Positions 11,715 to 25,095 of a stretch of DNA of 64,000 nt are shown here, one piece after another. Where the stretch lies: the NCBI RefSeq assembly GCF_006345805.1, contig NC_042998.1, positions 33,046,001 through 33,110,000 on the forward strand. Direction: 5' to 3'. The translations under genes were made by a program, and so were the position numbers. Within the stretch, counting starts at the first letter, position 1. Each line of letters begins with the position of its first letter. The DNA comes from Octopus sinensis. Its lineage: Eukaryota. The notes beneath the pieces were generated by a model. The model did no database searches and was not told the DNA's origin. It saw only the letters and a list, made by a program, of their open reading frames with translations.

Positions 11715-11946
11715 AGGGCGGCGAGCTGGCAGAAACGTTAGCACGCCGGGCGAAATGCTTAGCGGTATTTCATCTGCCGTTACGTTCTAAGTTCAAATTC
11801 CGCCGAGGTCGACTTTGCCTTTCATCCTTTCGGGGTCAATTAAATAAGCACCAGTTACGCACTGGGGTCGATGTAATCGACTTAATCCGTTTGTCTGTCT
11901 TGTTCGTTCCCTCTGTGTTTAGCCCCTTGTGGATAGTAAAGAAATA
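11715..11946 (+). mobile_element. Full-length SINE family A
   Basis: High identity to 8954-9185. Confidence 0.9.
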
Positions 11947-12567
11947 TGTATTTTTACGAGCAGGCTGTTCTTTTGATCGGATTAGCCGGGATGCTCACCG
12001 TTGCAACCGACAAAATCCCAGTTTATCATTATCACCATGACCTCTATCGCCATTGACTTCATGCAAGGTCCGATCCCCCTACTCTTTTTGATCGTGTTCT
12101 TTAGAATCATCACCAACAATGGCAGCTACAAAAGTTCTTTTTTATTTCTTTTCACGTTATTTGAATCTCTAATCAGATTTACTTCTGCTTTAACGAAAAA
12201 CATCCCTTCGTTGTATCATCTTCGTTAAATCCAACGTTAATCCTCAGAAACATAAATTAGTTGAATACTTAGAACCACACGAAAGCAGCGTAAGTTATTA
12301 CATCTTTTAAAATTAGGTTCATATAATTGAACCAGGATATTCTTTGGATACTTTTTTTATTTTATTCATATTTTTTAAAGAGATATTTTTCTTTTTCATT
12401 AAAAAATTCCACGATTCCGCTTTAACGATAGAATAAGTATCAGGTTTTTTAAAAATAGATACTGCGATTGATTCATTCGACGAAAAATTCTTCAAGGCAT
12501 GGTCTCCGTCTAATCATTGAAACAAGTAGAGAAAAGTTCTCGTTGCCAAACTACTGTTATGGGAAGT

Positions 12568-13035
12568 AGAAGGGGTGTCTGTTAAAATTTCCCCTGATCC
12601 ACCTGTACAGGTATAATCATACATGTCTCTACATGTCACATTGTGAATTGTAGCTTTCCACTTGTATTCGTTTGTCTTTTACGGCTGCTGAAGTGGACGG
12701 TGTTAGAATGGAGGCAGTTGAATGCAGATCAGTGATTAGGTTCTTATACTGGAAAGGTCGCACACCACGAGAGACTTTCGATTAGATGGGAAAAAGTTTA
12801 TGGTGACGATGCACCATCATGTGATGAAGTCAAGCATTGATATCGCCAGTTCAAATGTGGTCGGACATCGGTGGAGACTGCTCCTATTCCTGGACGACCA
12901 CATTCCACTACTGATGACGACACCATCCATAAAGTGGAAGCCGCGATTTTTGAGGATCGCAGCACAACTATTCGGCAACTAGCTTTAGAAGTGAAGATAA
13001 GTGTAGGGTCCGTGGAAAAGAATCATTCTCGACCA
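12568..13035 (+). mobile_element. Mariner transposon 5' fragment (N-terminal HTH, pseudogenised)
   Basis: From ATG 12708: MEAVECRSVIRFLYWKGRTPRE...YGDDAPS...FKCGRTSVETAPIPGRP...DRSTTIRQLALEVKISVGSV, with stops and frameshifts. Confidence 0.85.
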
Positions 13036-13106
13036 TAAATTCCCAGTGAAATCCAGCTTAGAGTGATATTCGTGTTAAATCCGAATTTCGATTTCATGAT
13101 CAAGAA

Positions 13107-13389
13107 CAGCGGTTCTCAAACTGAAGACCACGAAGAGACAGAGAAATATCGTGAAAACTTGAGACAGTTAAATCTTAAAATTTCAAGACTTAACATTTTT
13201 GCATGCTATCATTTTTTTTTTGTCGTTGACCTCAAAAACCCACGCCTCTCCTCCATGCTCATTTGCTAATCGAATGTATATAATTTTTTCCATGTTAATT
13301 ATCCTGCATATTATAGGGGACTGCAAATCATCGAGAAAAATGTAAGGGGACCAGTACATAAAATCTTTTGAAAAGTCTGAGAATCACAG
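13107..13389. mobile_element. hAT/Charlie-like MITE
   Basis: TIRs cagcggttctcaaact / agtctgagaatcacag. 8-bp TSD atcaagaa / atctagaa (7/8). Confidence 0.8.
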
Positions 13390-13555
13390 ATCTAGAAGAA
13401 ACGTTTTAAGTAACTTTGGTAGAATTGCTAGACGCACCATCATGTTAATGACGCCGTTGTTGTTGTTTTTGCTGTTGTTTAGATTCAAATGAGTTTTGAC
13501 TGATTCGAGATTCAAGCCTTGGCCGTTCCATTTTTTATCCATTTTTATCAAGCAT

Positions 13556-14537
<982 letters not shown>

Positions 14538-15124
14538 CAAGCATACTGCATGTATTGCCCAAATGAGTTCTCCGCCTATTTAAGTTAATATATGGCATGG
14601 CTTGACAAACATTTGATTATTATTTCTAGCAAGTTGAATGACCATGTAAAGGTGCCCTTTTTGGTTCATATTGATATTGTTAGCACGGGTGGGGTTATAT
14701 TGTATTAAGGGGTAGACGTTTGAACTGTCTTCCTTTGTAATCGCGCAGCGACGTTTTCATTAGGGAGATTAGGCGATCAGATACCTTTCAACACAATATC
14801 AATTGCAGCCAAGTTTCTCTGTATTTTTCGACAGACACTTGCGATGGCCATTTGGGAGGATAAGAATCGAGATTCATTTTGGAAGAAACTGAAGATCTTA
14901 TCTGTGTATAGGTCAAGAAACTGATATATATCAATTTTATTAATATAATCCTTCTGTCTCTTATGTAATTCTTCGATAATCACGGTCTACTTCTCGATAT
15001 TCGAGTTTCGAAAATGTTTCTGCTTTGAACGCAAAAAAAACTTTTCTTGCTAGACTTATTGTCTTCATTTTGTTGAGTTATTATTTTATTATTACAGAAA
15101 GTCTTTTACTAATTTCGATAATTG

Positions 15125-15270
15125 GATGGCAGCTATCCTGTAGCATCTCCCAACCACACGCTTCCGTGTTCAAACCCACTGCGTGGCATCTCAGGCGAGG
15201 GTCTTCCGCCATAGCCTCGAGACGACTAAGGCTTTGTTAGAAGATTTGGAAACTGAAGGAAGATTCTGGT

Positions 15271-15309
<39 letters not shown>

Positions 15310-15525
15310 TGTGTGAGTGTGTGTGTATTTGATCACCACCACCGCTTGACAACCGGTGTTGATGTGTTTACGTCCCCGTGGGTAGCTGTTCGGCAAAAGA
15401 GAACCGATAGAATGAGCAGCAGGCTTGAAAAAAAAAATCCTGGGATTGGGTCATTCGATTAAAAAATTGAAGAATGCTCCAGCATGGGCTCAGTCTAATC
15501 ACCGAAACGAGGAAAAAAAACAGAA
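15125..15525 (+). mobile_element. SINE family B, diverged
   Basis: ccactgcgtggcatctcaggc...gcttgacaaccggtg...ctccagcatgg tail. Confidence 0.8.
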
Positions 15526-15958
15526 AAGAAGCTCTCTTTGCCAAACTATTGTTATGGGAATTAAACTGAAGCGTTCACACATCCACATATAACAGGCTTC
15601 CTTACTATTTCCGCCTACCAAATTTCACTTAGCACGTACTGGTTGAACCGAATCAATTATTAACACACCTGCCCGAGGCACTGCAAATTGGGATACCCGA
15701 AGCTTTACGGATGCGAAGTGAACTTAACCATGCAATCATACCTGCGTCTGTAATTAATACAAGGGGAATAATTATCTCCCTCGTAGTTGCTAACCTAACT
15801 TTTCTTTCTTTTATCATTGAAATATATGTATTTTTAAAGGTAGTCTTTATCCCCCCTAAAGTGGATGTTGTATCAGAAACACAGAATTCTGCGTTATTTA
15901 GAATGAGAAAACCTCTCATATGGCCTTATGGTGCATATAACCACTTATGTTTATATCC

Positions 15959-16558
15959 ATTTCTTTACAACCCACAAGGGGCTAAACGCAGACAGGACAA
16001 ACAAGGACAGACAAATGGATTAAGTCGATTATATCGATCCCAGTGCGTAACTGGTACTTAATTGATCGACCCCGAAAGGATGAAAGGCAAAGTTGACCTC
16101 GGCGGAATTTGAACTCAGAACGTAGCGGCAGACGAAATACCTATTTCTTTACTACCCACAAGGGGCTAAACACAGAGGGGACAAACAAGGACAGACAAAC
16201 GGATTAAGTCGATTATATCGTCCCCAGTGCGTAACTGGTACTTAATTGATCGACCCCGAAAGGATGAAAGGCAAAGTCGAGCTCGGTGGAATTTGAACTC
16301 AGAACGTAACGGCAGACGAAATACCTATTTCTTTACTACCCACAAGGGGCTAAACACAGAGGGGACAAACAAGGACAGACAAACAGATTAAATCGATTAT
16401 ATCGGCACCGGTGCGTAACTGATACTTAATTGATCGACCCTGAAAGGATGAAAGGCAAAGTCGACCTCGGCGGAATTTGAACTCAGAACGTAACGGCAGA
16501 CGAAATACCGCAAAGCATTTCGCCCGGCGCGCTAACGTTTCTGCCAGCTCGCCGCCTT
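15959..16558 (-). mobile_element. SINE-A trimer: one full unit plus two headless ~183-bp units
   Basis: Units start at 15959, 16142 and 16325. Junctions read gaaatacc|tatttc. Confidence 0.9.
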
Positions 16559-17598
16559 ATAATCACGTTTATATCGCTAGCCGTAGATAATCCTCCACCA
16601 TCGCTCCCGGCACTGCCAGATCATGTGATTTCCACCTTGGGCTTATTAAGAATAATTAAGTCCATATGAGAGGTTCTCTCCTGGTAGATAATGCAGTTTT
16701 CTGTGTTCTAACACAACATCCAGTGGGGTTAATTATTACTTTTTGGTATTGATATTACTTCCGTCGCAATTAGTTATTTATAAATAAGCTCACTGGCTAT
16801 TTGTGGCACCAGTTCCTGAGTGTATCGCTGAGGAAGGAATCGCTGCTATCTCTTGCTTGAGTGTCTGCCAGTGACAAGGTCAATGAAGGTGGAAATTACG
16901 TGATCTGCAAGTCACGGCGGCTAACGTGGACGATTATCTGGCGCTAACGATAAATACACGAGTGCTTATATGCATTACAAGTCCATAGGAGAAGTTTTCT
17001 CAAGTATTTTGTGTTGTAAAGTGGGGTGTAAATATTGCTTTATACTTTTGTTAATTGTTTAGCCAGAGAAAGAAAACAGCACCCCCTGGCGGCTGGCGGT
17101 GACACTGCCTGTGGTTGGGATAAATGAAGAGCTTATCCTCAAACTGGAGACTTGGCACCAATGTTCGCAAGGACTCGACTCCAGTAAAACGCCCAATGGC
17201 CAGATGTTGATGTTAAATGGCTGGCAGAGGACGTCTATCCTCCAACTGAAATCTCCTTAGATTGTCGATGTTCACAACATTAAATATGTTAACTCCGACG
17301 TAGCTATTATATGTATGGTTGATAATGAAATGTTTTTAATTTCCCTTCCGTCACAATTTCAGTTTAATGGTCGGTTATGCGTTTTATTACGAAGAAAAAG
17401 TATCCTGCCTTCCTTAGAAGGTGACAAATATTTATTTCCTTTTACTAAGTCTTAAGGCTTTAAAACTAAAGATTCTGTGTTTTATGTAATTAGAGAAACG
17501 ATAAAAATCTTTAACACATCTTAATGAAAATAACAATAAAGTTTGCACCCAGATCTCACCAAAATTTGAAGCGATGAAATAAAGATACAGTGAAAAAG

Positions 17599-18005
17599 AT
17601 AATCCTTTCCATTATAGGCACAAGACTTGAAGTTTTGGGGGAGGGGGCTAGTCGATTACAACGACCCCAGTACAGAACGGGTACTTGTTTCATCGACTCC
17701 GAAAGGATGAAAGGTAAAGTCGACCGCGGCGGATTTGAACTCAGAATGTAAAAACGGACGAAATGCCGCTAAGAATTTTGTCTGGCGTGTTAACGATTCT
17801 TTTATACTCTAGGCACAAGGCCCAAAATTTTTGGGGAGGGGCCCAGTCGGTTAGATCGACGTCAGTACGCAACTGGTACTTAATTTATCGACTCCGAAAG
17901 GATGAAAGGCAAAGTCGACTTCGGCGGAATTTGAACTCAGAACGTAAAGACAGACGAAATAAGCATTTCGCCCAGCGTTCTAACGATTCTGCCAGCTCGC
18001 TGCTT
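17599..18005 (-). mobile_element. Two tandem SINE-A copies with the alternative A2 tail
   Basis: A body with tail ccccctcccccaaa...ttgtgcctag/ta...aaagg. Confidence 0.85.
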
Positions 18006-18016
18006 TATGAAACGAA

Positions 18017-18067
<51 letters not shown>

Positions 18068-18448
18068 TAATAATAATAATAATAATAATAATATAATAAT
18101 AATAATAATAACAATAACAGCTGACAACAAGGTATGCGATAAGAAAGAAAGAAAAGTCGAGAGATATGACAGGTTAGCTTTGGAAGTTAAGCAGTTGTGG
18201 TCGATGAAAAAGGTATCAGTAGTACCAATAATTGTTGGAGCCCTGGGAACAGTGAGCAAAAATCTTGAGAAGTACGTGGAACAAATAGGGGCTGCAATAA
18301 GGGTGGAACACTTGCGGAAAACAGCACTGCTTGGAACTGCTCGAATACTCCAGAAGGCGTTCGAAAATTAAGAGGTGTTACCTTAGTTCACTGGTAGTGA
18401 ACAGCTGACACTGTAGTACATCTCCAGCGATAGAAGCTGTGCAAAGGC
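18017..18448 (+). mobile_element. (TAA)n tract plus 3' end of R4/Dong-like REL non-LTR retrotransposon
   Basis: KKERKVERYDRLALEVKQLWSMKKVSVVPIIVGALGTVSKNL...LRKTALLGTARILQK, directly after ~100 bp of (TAA)n and followed by (TGA)n. Confidence 0.85.
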
Positions 18449-18501
18449 AATGATGATGATGATGATGATGATGATGTGATGATGATGATGATGATGATGA
18501 T

Positions 18502-18955
18502 AAATACCACAGATTTGCTTGTCAGTTGTTTGACCTTAACCAGTTGAGTATGTCCCTTAGTGTCTGACGATATTGCATCTCTGATCATAAGCAGAAGTAG
18601 TGGGGGAGCATCATAGCCATGTGTTGAAAGGAATTCTTGGAGGTTTGGATAATTTACCTTTGGAAATATGGGTGGTTCTTTCAACATCCTTAAACAACCC
18701 TTATTCAGGGACCTTTTGAGCAGGATGGGTTACTCGACCAGAAGAAGATTCTAACTGGGCCCCACCTGCAAGGCATTGTGCTGTTTATCTTGATATGAGA
18801 TCACCATGTCGCGCACATATGGTTGTGATGCATGTGCCTAGTGTACCCTTATCAGACGGGTAGCCCTGATGGGTATACTGGGCTTCGTATATTTTACCCC
18901 AGTGTCACTTTGATTGCATGCACAGCTCTCTCACTCAATAATAATAATACAATTA
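18502..18955 (+). mobile_element. ~450-bp non-coding retroelement-like repeat ending in (TAA)n
   Basis: Begins after (GAT)n, ends ctctctcactcaataataataat. No ORF. Single copy in window, so family status is inferred. Confidence 0.45.
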
Positions 18956-19406
18956 CAAGTATATAAATAGAAAAAAAAAAATCAAACGCTTTTTGTTTTC
19001 AAATTATAACATACAGATATTGTTGTGGGATTAATAAGTACGATTAATAAGTACTGTTTATCTTGATATGAGATCAAACATTCACAAATATTTCCAAAAA
19101 AATGTTTTTCTCCAACTCCCAATGATACTTAATTATAAAAATATAAAAAAGATTTCTTTAACATTGAATAGTTCTGAGGGTCTACCCGAGCAAACCAGGA
19201 ATCAAAGTGGTTCAAGTGTTTAAAAAAATGGTTGAGGATTAGGCAAAAACGCCGATGATATAAGTATCATAGTTGAGGAGTTTCGATTTAATCAGTTGAA
19301 CCCTTTCAAGTTGTGCCTCAGCATGGCCGCATTACAATGACTGGGAGAAGTAAAAGGGTAAAAGTTAAAAAACACGAAACCTTGGGTTGTACAGCAATCA
19401 TTCGCA

Positions 19407-19850
19407 CGTACAGGATGAGACAGAGGGGACAGATGTTTTTGAAAAATTCATAAAAAATCATTAATTTTAGCTACAAACAAATTTTATTGACATCAATGTG
19501 TTCGTATTGAATTGCCATTTGTCAAAATCAAGCGTGGAAAATAACATCCATCATGTGGTGTCCATTTTCATTGATGCATTTGTGAAGACATTCTTGGAAT
19601 TTGGCCTCCATTCTAGCTCCCCTTCCACCTCCCGGTTTCCTATTCATTAGTGTACCTCGTGTGCAAAGAGCATTCACTCAACGTAAGATTGTGTTACGGG
19701 TGGGAACAGCCTGATTTCGCGTAAATGTTGAAGTGGCGCCGAAACTCACGCTGAACTGCTGTGACAGACTCGTTATTATTCCCGTAACTGTTGTAGGCGA
19801 ACACGTGATGCTCTATCGTCCACAGCGCCACGGCTTCACCTGAAAAGAAA
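19407..19850 (-). mobile_element. Internally deleted Tc1/mariner-superfamily element
   Basis: N-terminal HTH remnants (EHHVFAYNS...ESVTAVQREFRRHFN, AVPTRNTILR) joined to C-terminal MEAKFQECLHKCINENGHH. Confidence 0.75.
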
Positions 19851-19871
19851 ACAAAATGCTAAGACACCACT

Positions 19872-20290
19872 TATTTCTTTACTACCCACAAGGGGCTAAA
19901 CACAGAGGGGACAATCAAGGACAGAAAAACGGATTAAGTCGATTACATCGACCCCAGTGCGTAACTGGTACTTAATTTATCGACCCCGAAAGGATGAAAG
20001 GCAAAGTCGACCTCGGCGGAATTTGAACTCAGAACGTAACGGCAGACGAAATACGTATTTCTTTACTACCCACAAGGGGCTAAACACAGAGAGGACAAAC
20101 AAGGACAGACAAAGGGATTAAGTCGATTACATCGACCCCAGTTGGAAACTGGTACTTTATTTATCGACCCCGAAAGGATGAAAGGCAAAGTCGACCTCGG
20201 AGGAATTTGAACTCAGAACGTAACGACAGACGAAATACTGCTACGCATTTCACCCGGCGTGCTAACGTTTCTGCCAGCTCGCCGCCTTTT
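19872..20290 (-). mobile_element. SINE-A dimer (full plus headless)
   Basis: Junction gaaatacg|tatttc at ~20054. 8-bp TSD ACACCACT at 19864-19871 and 20293-20300. Confidence 0.9.
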
Positions 20291-20424
20291 AAACACCACT
20301 GACCGAATGATACCTGCCGGACATATGTCCCTCCACCGAGGCTGAGTAACAGCCATTTCAAAAACATTCGCCCTCTCTGCTCCACCCTGTATTTTGGGAT
20401 TGGGATAAATCTAATATCATAGAG

Positions 20425-20845
20425 GACAGCATAAAATTGGTTTCGAATTTTGACACGAACCCTCAGTTTGGGGAGAGGAGCTAAATCAATAAAAGTGATC
20501 CAGTGCCAACTGGTACTTATTCATCGACCCTGAAAGGATGAAAGCAAATTCTTCCCCGGTCATGAAAAATTTTCACTGGCATGCTAACGATTCTACTAGA
20601 TGGCCGCCTCATGGGCAGCATAATACTGATTTCAAATTTTAGCACAAGGCCAGCAATTTTGGGGAAGGACATAACGTACATTACATTGACCCTAGCGCTC
20701 AGCTAGTACTTACTTTATCGATCACCAAAGGATGAAAAGCAAAGATGACTTCGGTGCATATTGAACTCAGAACGTAAGGATTAATTAAATGCCGCTAAGC
20801 AGCCTGGCGTCCTGATGATTCTGCCAGCAGACCGCCTCAAGGGCA
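20425..20845 (-). mobile_element. Two old, diverged SINE-A2 copies in tandem
   Basis: Degenerate A body twice, each followed by gggcagcataata. Confidence 0.65.
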
Positions 20846-20996
20846 GCATAATATAAGACTGCTGCTGTGTCCAGTTCACGAGTCATTTGCACTTCTCAGA
20901 TACTATCATTTCACTTCAAGACATGCTAGAAATAGCAGTCAAACAGTGCCAAGATCACACGTCTATGAAAACGCACAGATTTGATAAATCTTTCCT

Positions 20997-21186
20997 TTAC
21001 CTTTCGCTTAAATCAGTCATTGGACTGCGGCCATGCTTCAGCACCGCTCTGATGTTGTAATCGAACAGATCGACCCCACTACTTTCTTTATTGCCTGGCA
21101 CTTACTCTATCAGTTTCTTTTGTCGAACCTCTTAGTTACGGTGATGAAATAAACCAATACCGGTTGTCAAGGGATTGAGAGGGACA

Positions 21187-21223
<37 letters not shown>

Positions 21224-21520
21224 ACGCTCGTGCGCATGCACACACTTACACACACATACACACATAGACGCACACACGCACGCACAGACATACATACGCA
21301 CACTCACACATGCACACACGCACATACGCACGCGCACACACATGCACACACACACGTGTGTACGCACACACACGCACACACATACGACGGGCACTCGCAA
21401 GGCTTTGATCGATCCAGAACTACAGTAGAAGACACTCAAGGTGTCACGTAGTGGGACTGAACCCGAAGCCATGTGGTTGGGAAGCGAGTTCCATAAGCAC
21501 AAAGCCATACCTGCTCCTAT
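20997..21520 (-). mobile_element. SINE family B with expanded internal (CA)n
   Basis: Head gtgggactgaacccg...ccatgtggttgg, tail cagtcattggactgcggccatgc. Confidence 0.8.
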
Positions 21521-22391
21521 GTAAATATAAATATTCAAAAATTTTCGATGACCCCCGCTTAGTGCGTCCTTCATTACAGGTCTACAATTACCTGAGGTTA
21601 AACAACATCAGCGACAAAGGCGAGAACTTACAGATCTAATAACTGAAATAGACAGTGATAATCAGACAATCCTATTTCCAGTGAATAGAAGAGCTTTTAC
21701 CTGAAGAGGATATAAAAAAAAAAAACTGAACTAAATGACCTACAGAATATATTTTACTTTCTCTAACATCAAACTCGCAGTGCAGATCTGCAAGTAGATT
21801 CTTGCTGATGAAGATTTCGTTTGAACTAAAGTATGAAACCCTGATGATGGTGATGAGAGAGTCGGGGAATTAGTTTTCAGAATAACATCAATATTGTGAT
21901 TGATTATATATATTGATTAGTCAAAAATAACACCTAAGGAGGAGAGAGCTGTCGTTGTCAGCATGATAGAATGAATAAGAAAATTGATAAGAACACTTAT
22001 GCAGGCTATTATTTTCATGTCAATTTTCTCTGAACACGTTTATTGATCTTCCACCAAGAACTAGAAAGATTAAAATAGACATCATTTTTATACAGAAAGT
22101 ACATAAGATATAACAAATCTTAATGTCATGATATTTTCTGTATCAGTGGTCTCTCTCTTAACATCCTTATTGACTCATGAAAGATGGCTAGTGATCCAGT
22201 GGATTAAGCAACAACTCCCGTACACAATGCATACATAACAACAGGAATTTAGACCACTACACACAACCACCACACTATTCACTAATGTAGAGGCTACATG
22301 CCGGTTTCAGTCCTCCTTACATTCACACACACACGTACACACGTACACACACACACACTCACACACACACACACACCCGCACACACACACA

Positions 22392-22456
<65 letters not shown>

Positions 22457-23584
22457 GCACACGCAGAAATACACACGCGAATACCATTCTAACTACCTCA
22501 GACAGTAAAATTTTCAAAACTACTCCCCGCTATGCAAAAAATACTCTTAATACACCTTAATAACGACACAAATACTAGCGACAAGAAAGCACTTCCAAAG
22601 TTTATAATTCTACGAGTGTATCTTCTTCAAAAGTCATTTCTCTCACCTACACTTAGTAACCTGTACCCACTTTCTCAAACTATACAGACAGTCACAGCAG
22701 ATGTCGTATCAGTTCTCTTTCATGAAGCTACACAAATGCTTATGATACACATAGAAGACTTAAATTTTGGGTCACTAAACGAAAATACTTAGAATAGCAC
22801 TTGATGTAATATCTCCCTTTTCATAGGAAGCACCAAAAACATAAACTACAAATTACAATAAATTATAACTAATACAAAACCATTGACTTTACACCAGGTT
22901 CTATATAAACCGCAACCATAATTTGATAGGTTTCGGTCAGTAGAGGCCCAGGCCATGTCTAACCTAATAGCGCCACTGGTAAAGCCTTTTAGTCATATAT
23001 GTCGCACCATGGCCCATTCTAGCAAAGAGTTATTATCCGGGTGTAGAACGTTGGTCCAGGATTTTTTGGAGAGATTTGTCCAGAGAAATTTTGAATTTTA
23101 TGGGACCTGTTTCCACTTTGATGTACGCCATGAATGAAAATATGCTGGGTGCATTATTCAATTATATTGTCGTCAAATGGCATTACGAGATGATATATAT
23201 AGGGAGTTCAGGGTAAATTTGACGACTTTTTTATATTTCCTTTTTACAGGAACAATTTGTTGTATCGGTGAACAGTCAACGGCATTGGTGAACATGAGCC
23301 TACAGATTAAGGTTGTAAAAGAAATAGTTAACTGACATTGAGGACTGGAAACCATCTGAATATTGGGAAAGAGTTACCTGTATCATTATGGTTCACACAC
23401 GGTATCAAACTACTGACATCATGACTGCAGGTCAATGCTGTTAACATTATAAAGGCAGGAAGATGTGAGATGGAGAGCTGCAATTGAGACATTAAAACCG
23501 CAGCCAGCAGGAAGGAACACATCAGGCGTTCTGAATGCAAGAGTCTATACCCACATCTTTGAACAGATGAGGTTGTGAAGCTGA

Positions 23585-23908
23585 TTTGTTTGTTGAGCGA
23601 AGCGGTCTTCGTGGGAGAAGTCCGAAACGTGGTTCTTTGCTATTCGTAAGACCCGCAGAAGAGAAAGCAGGTCAACCCCCGACACCGAGAGCATCGACGG
23701 ATGGATGAATGCGCAACCAGACTCAGCGGTTGCGTAGGAAGTCGGAGACAAGAAACAGGAAGAAAGAGTGAGAGAAAGTTGGAACGAAAGAGTACAACAG
23801 GGGTCGCCACCACCTCCTGCCGGAGCCTCATGGAGCTTTAGGTGTTTTCACTCAATAAACACATACAACGCCCGGTCTGAGAATAGAAACCGCGATCCTC
23901 CGACCGCG
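23585..23908 (-). mobile_element. SINE family C, head clipped, (ACAA)n tail
   Basis: Near-identical to 39918-40350. Confidence 0.85.
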
Positions 23909-23909
23909 T

Positions 23910-24276
23910 TGTGAAGCTGCTGCAGAGTGTGGTCAAACCCTGGCCAGAGAGGGCTGCAGCAGCTGGACGGTCAAACGTGTGGCAGCAATACCTCCGGAAA
24001 GAGACAGAAGTGGGTGTCGGAGAATTTCTACGACTTCATCAGCTCCAATTTCTGACCACCTAATTCCCCTGACTGTAATCCCCATAGGTTACTATGCGTG
24101 GGGGCGCAGTTGAGAAAGGCACCAAGTGCTCTGTTTGCAGTACCAACGCCGAGCTGATGGCTAAGATGAAGGAGGTGGTCGAATTTTTTCTTAAAGACAC
24201 AGTGAGGAATGCATGTGTCCACTTCTGGAGCCGACTTCTGGCCGTGGTGGAAGCTGAGGGTGGCTACTTTGATTAA
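23910..24276 (+). mobile_element. Tc1/mariner transposase C-terminal fragment
   Basis: VVKPW...VWQQ, P-SPDCNP-like region, GAVEK...VRNACVHFWSRLLAVVEAEGGYFD. Confidence 0.85.
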
Positions 24277-24319
24277 ACTGTTTTCTTCCAACCATAATCT
24301 AATTGATATATTTTTAATT

Positions 24320-24588
24320 ATTATAAACCTTCCACTGAGGAGGGAGCCGGTTTCCAACAAAGATACATGGCTCCATCTTTGGGATGTAGTTAACACAGAC
24401 AAATTCACATTTGGAACTTGAGAAAAGTCTTACATATTATTACTGTTCCACTCACAGCATGCACTCGTAATGCACGAATTAGCCGGTCGATTTCTCTTTC
24501 TGAAAATCCCAGTTTATCCAGATTCTCTCTTAAGTATTTACTAACAAAACCTAGTGATCTAATTATTATTGGTATGAATATGAATTTA
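24320..24588 (-). mobile_element. REL non-LTR retrotransposon 3' end, 5' junction at (CATA)n
   Basis: [33 protein letters not shown]...[16 protein letters not shown], stop at 24405. Confidence 0.75.
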
Positions 24589-24823
24589 TGTATGCATGTA
24601 TGTATGTATGTATGTATGTATGTATGTGTGTATGTATGTATGTGTGTATGTATGTATGTATGTATGTATTACAGGCGAGAATAACACAACCTGTAATTGG
24701 ACGATGATGGAAATATCGTAAGAAGGGCCTGTCTCTAGTGTTCCAATTTTTCTACAGTTTTCACAGCTAAGCTGCGTTTGAAGTTTCCTGTTGGTCTGTA
24801 AAATACCAAACACATTGCATATA

Positions 24824-24884
<61 letters not shown>

Positions 24885-25047
24885 GAGAGAGTGTGTAGAT
24901 ACAATGTTGTAATCAATTCAAATGTGCTTGAGGCATATTTGAACCCATAAGAACGTCATTCACTGCATTTTGCCACGGAGAAAATTTCTTGCAGTAGATT
25001 AACAGGTGTAAAAACACCGAGTCAGCTCACAGTACTCCCTAACTAGG

Positions 25048-25095
25048 CAACGAGACGCATGCGTTTCGGATTGGTTATCTCCTCTTCAGCCATAG
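25048..25095 (-). ncRNA. Type I hammerhead ribozyme motif
   Basis: ctatgg CTGAAGA GGA-gataaccaa-TCC GAAA CGCATGCG TC tcgttg. Intact core, palindromic stem III, GUC site. Stem I weak (wobble pairs). Confidence 0.7.

Noticed and set aside
11990-12130. Minus-strand segment with apparent acceptor (tttgtag) and donor (gtgag)
   Set aside because: The donor lies inside an interspersed repeat and the open frame has no recognisable relation to the candidate gene.
14777-14983. 68-aa minus ORF of ordinary composition
   Set aside because: No recognisable motif or splice sites. Possibly an old TE remnant but unsupported.
17060-17260. GC-richer segment with hairpin GGGATAA/TTATCCT, considered as HDV-like ribozyme or exon
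   Set aside because: Could not map P1, P2 and P3 in the required nested order. The 65-codon open frame matches nothing I recognise.
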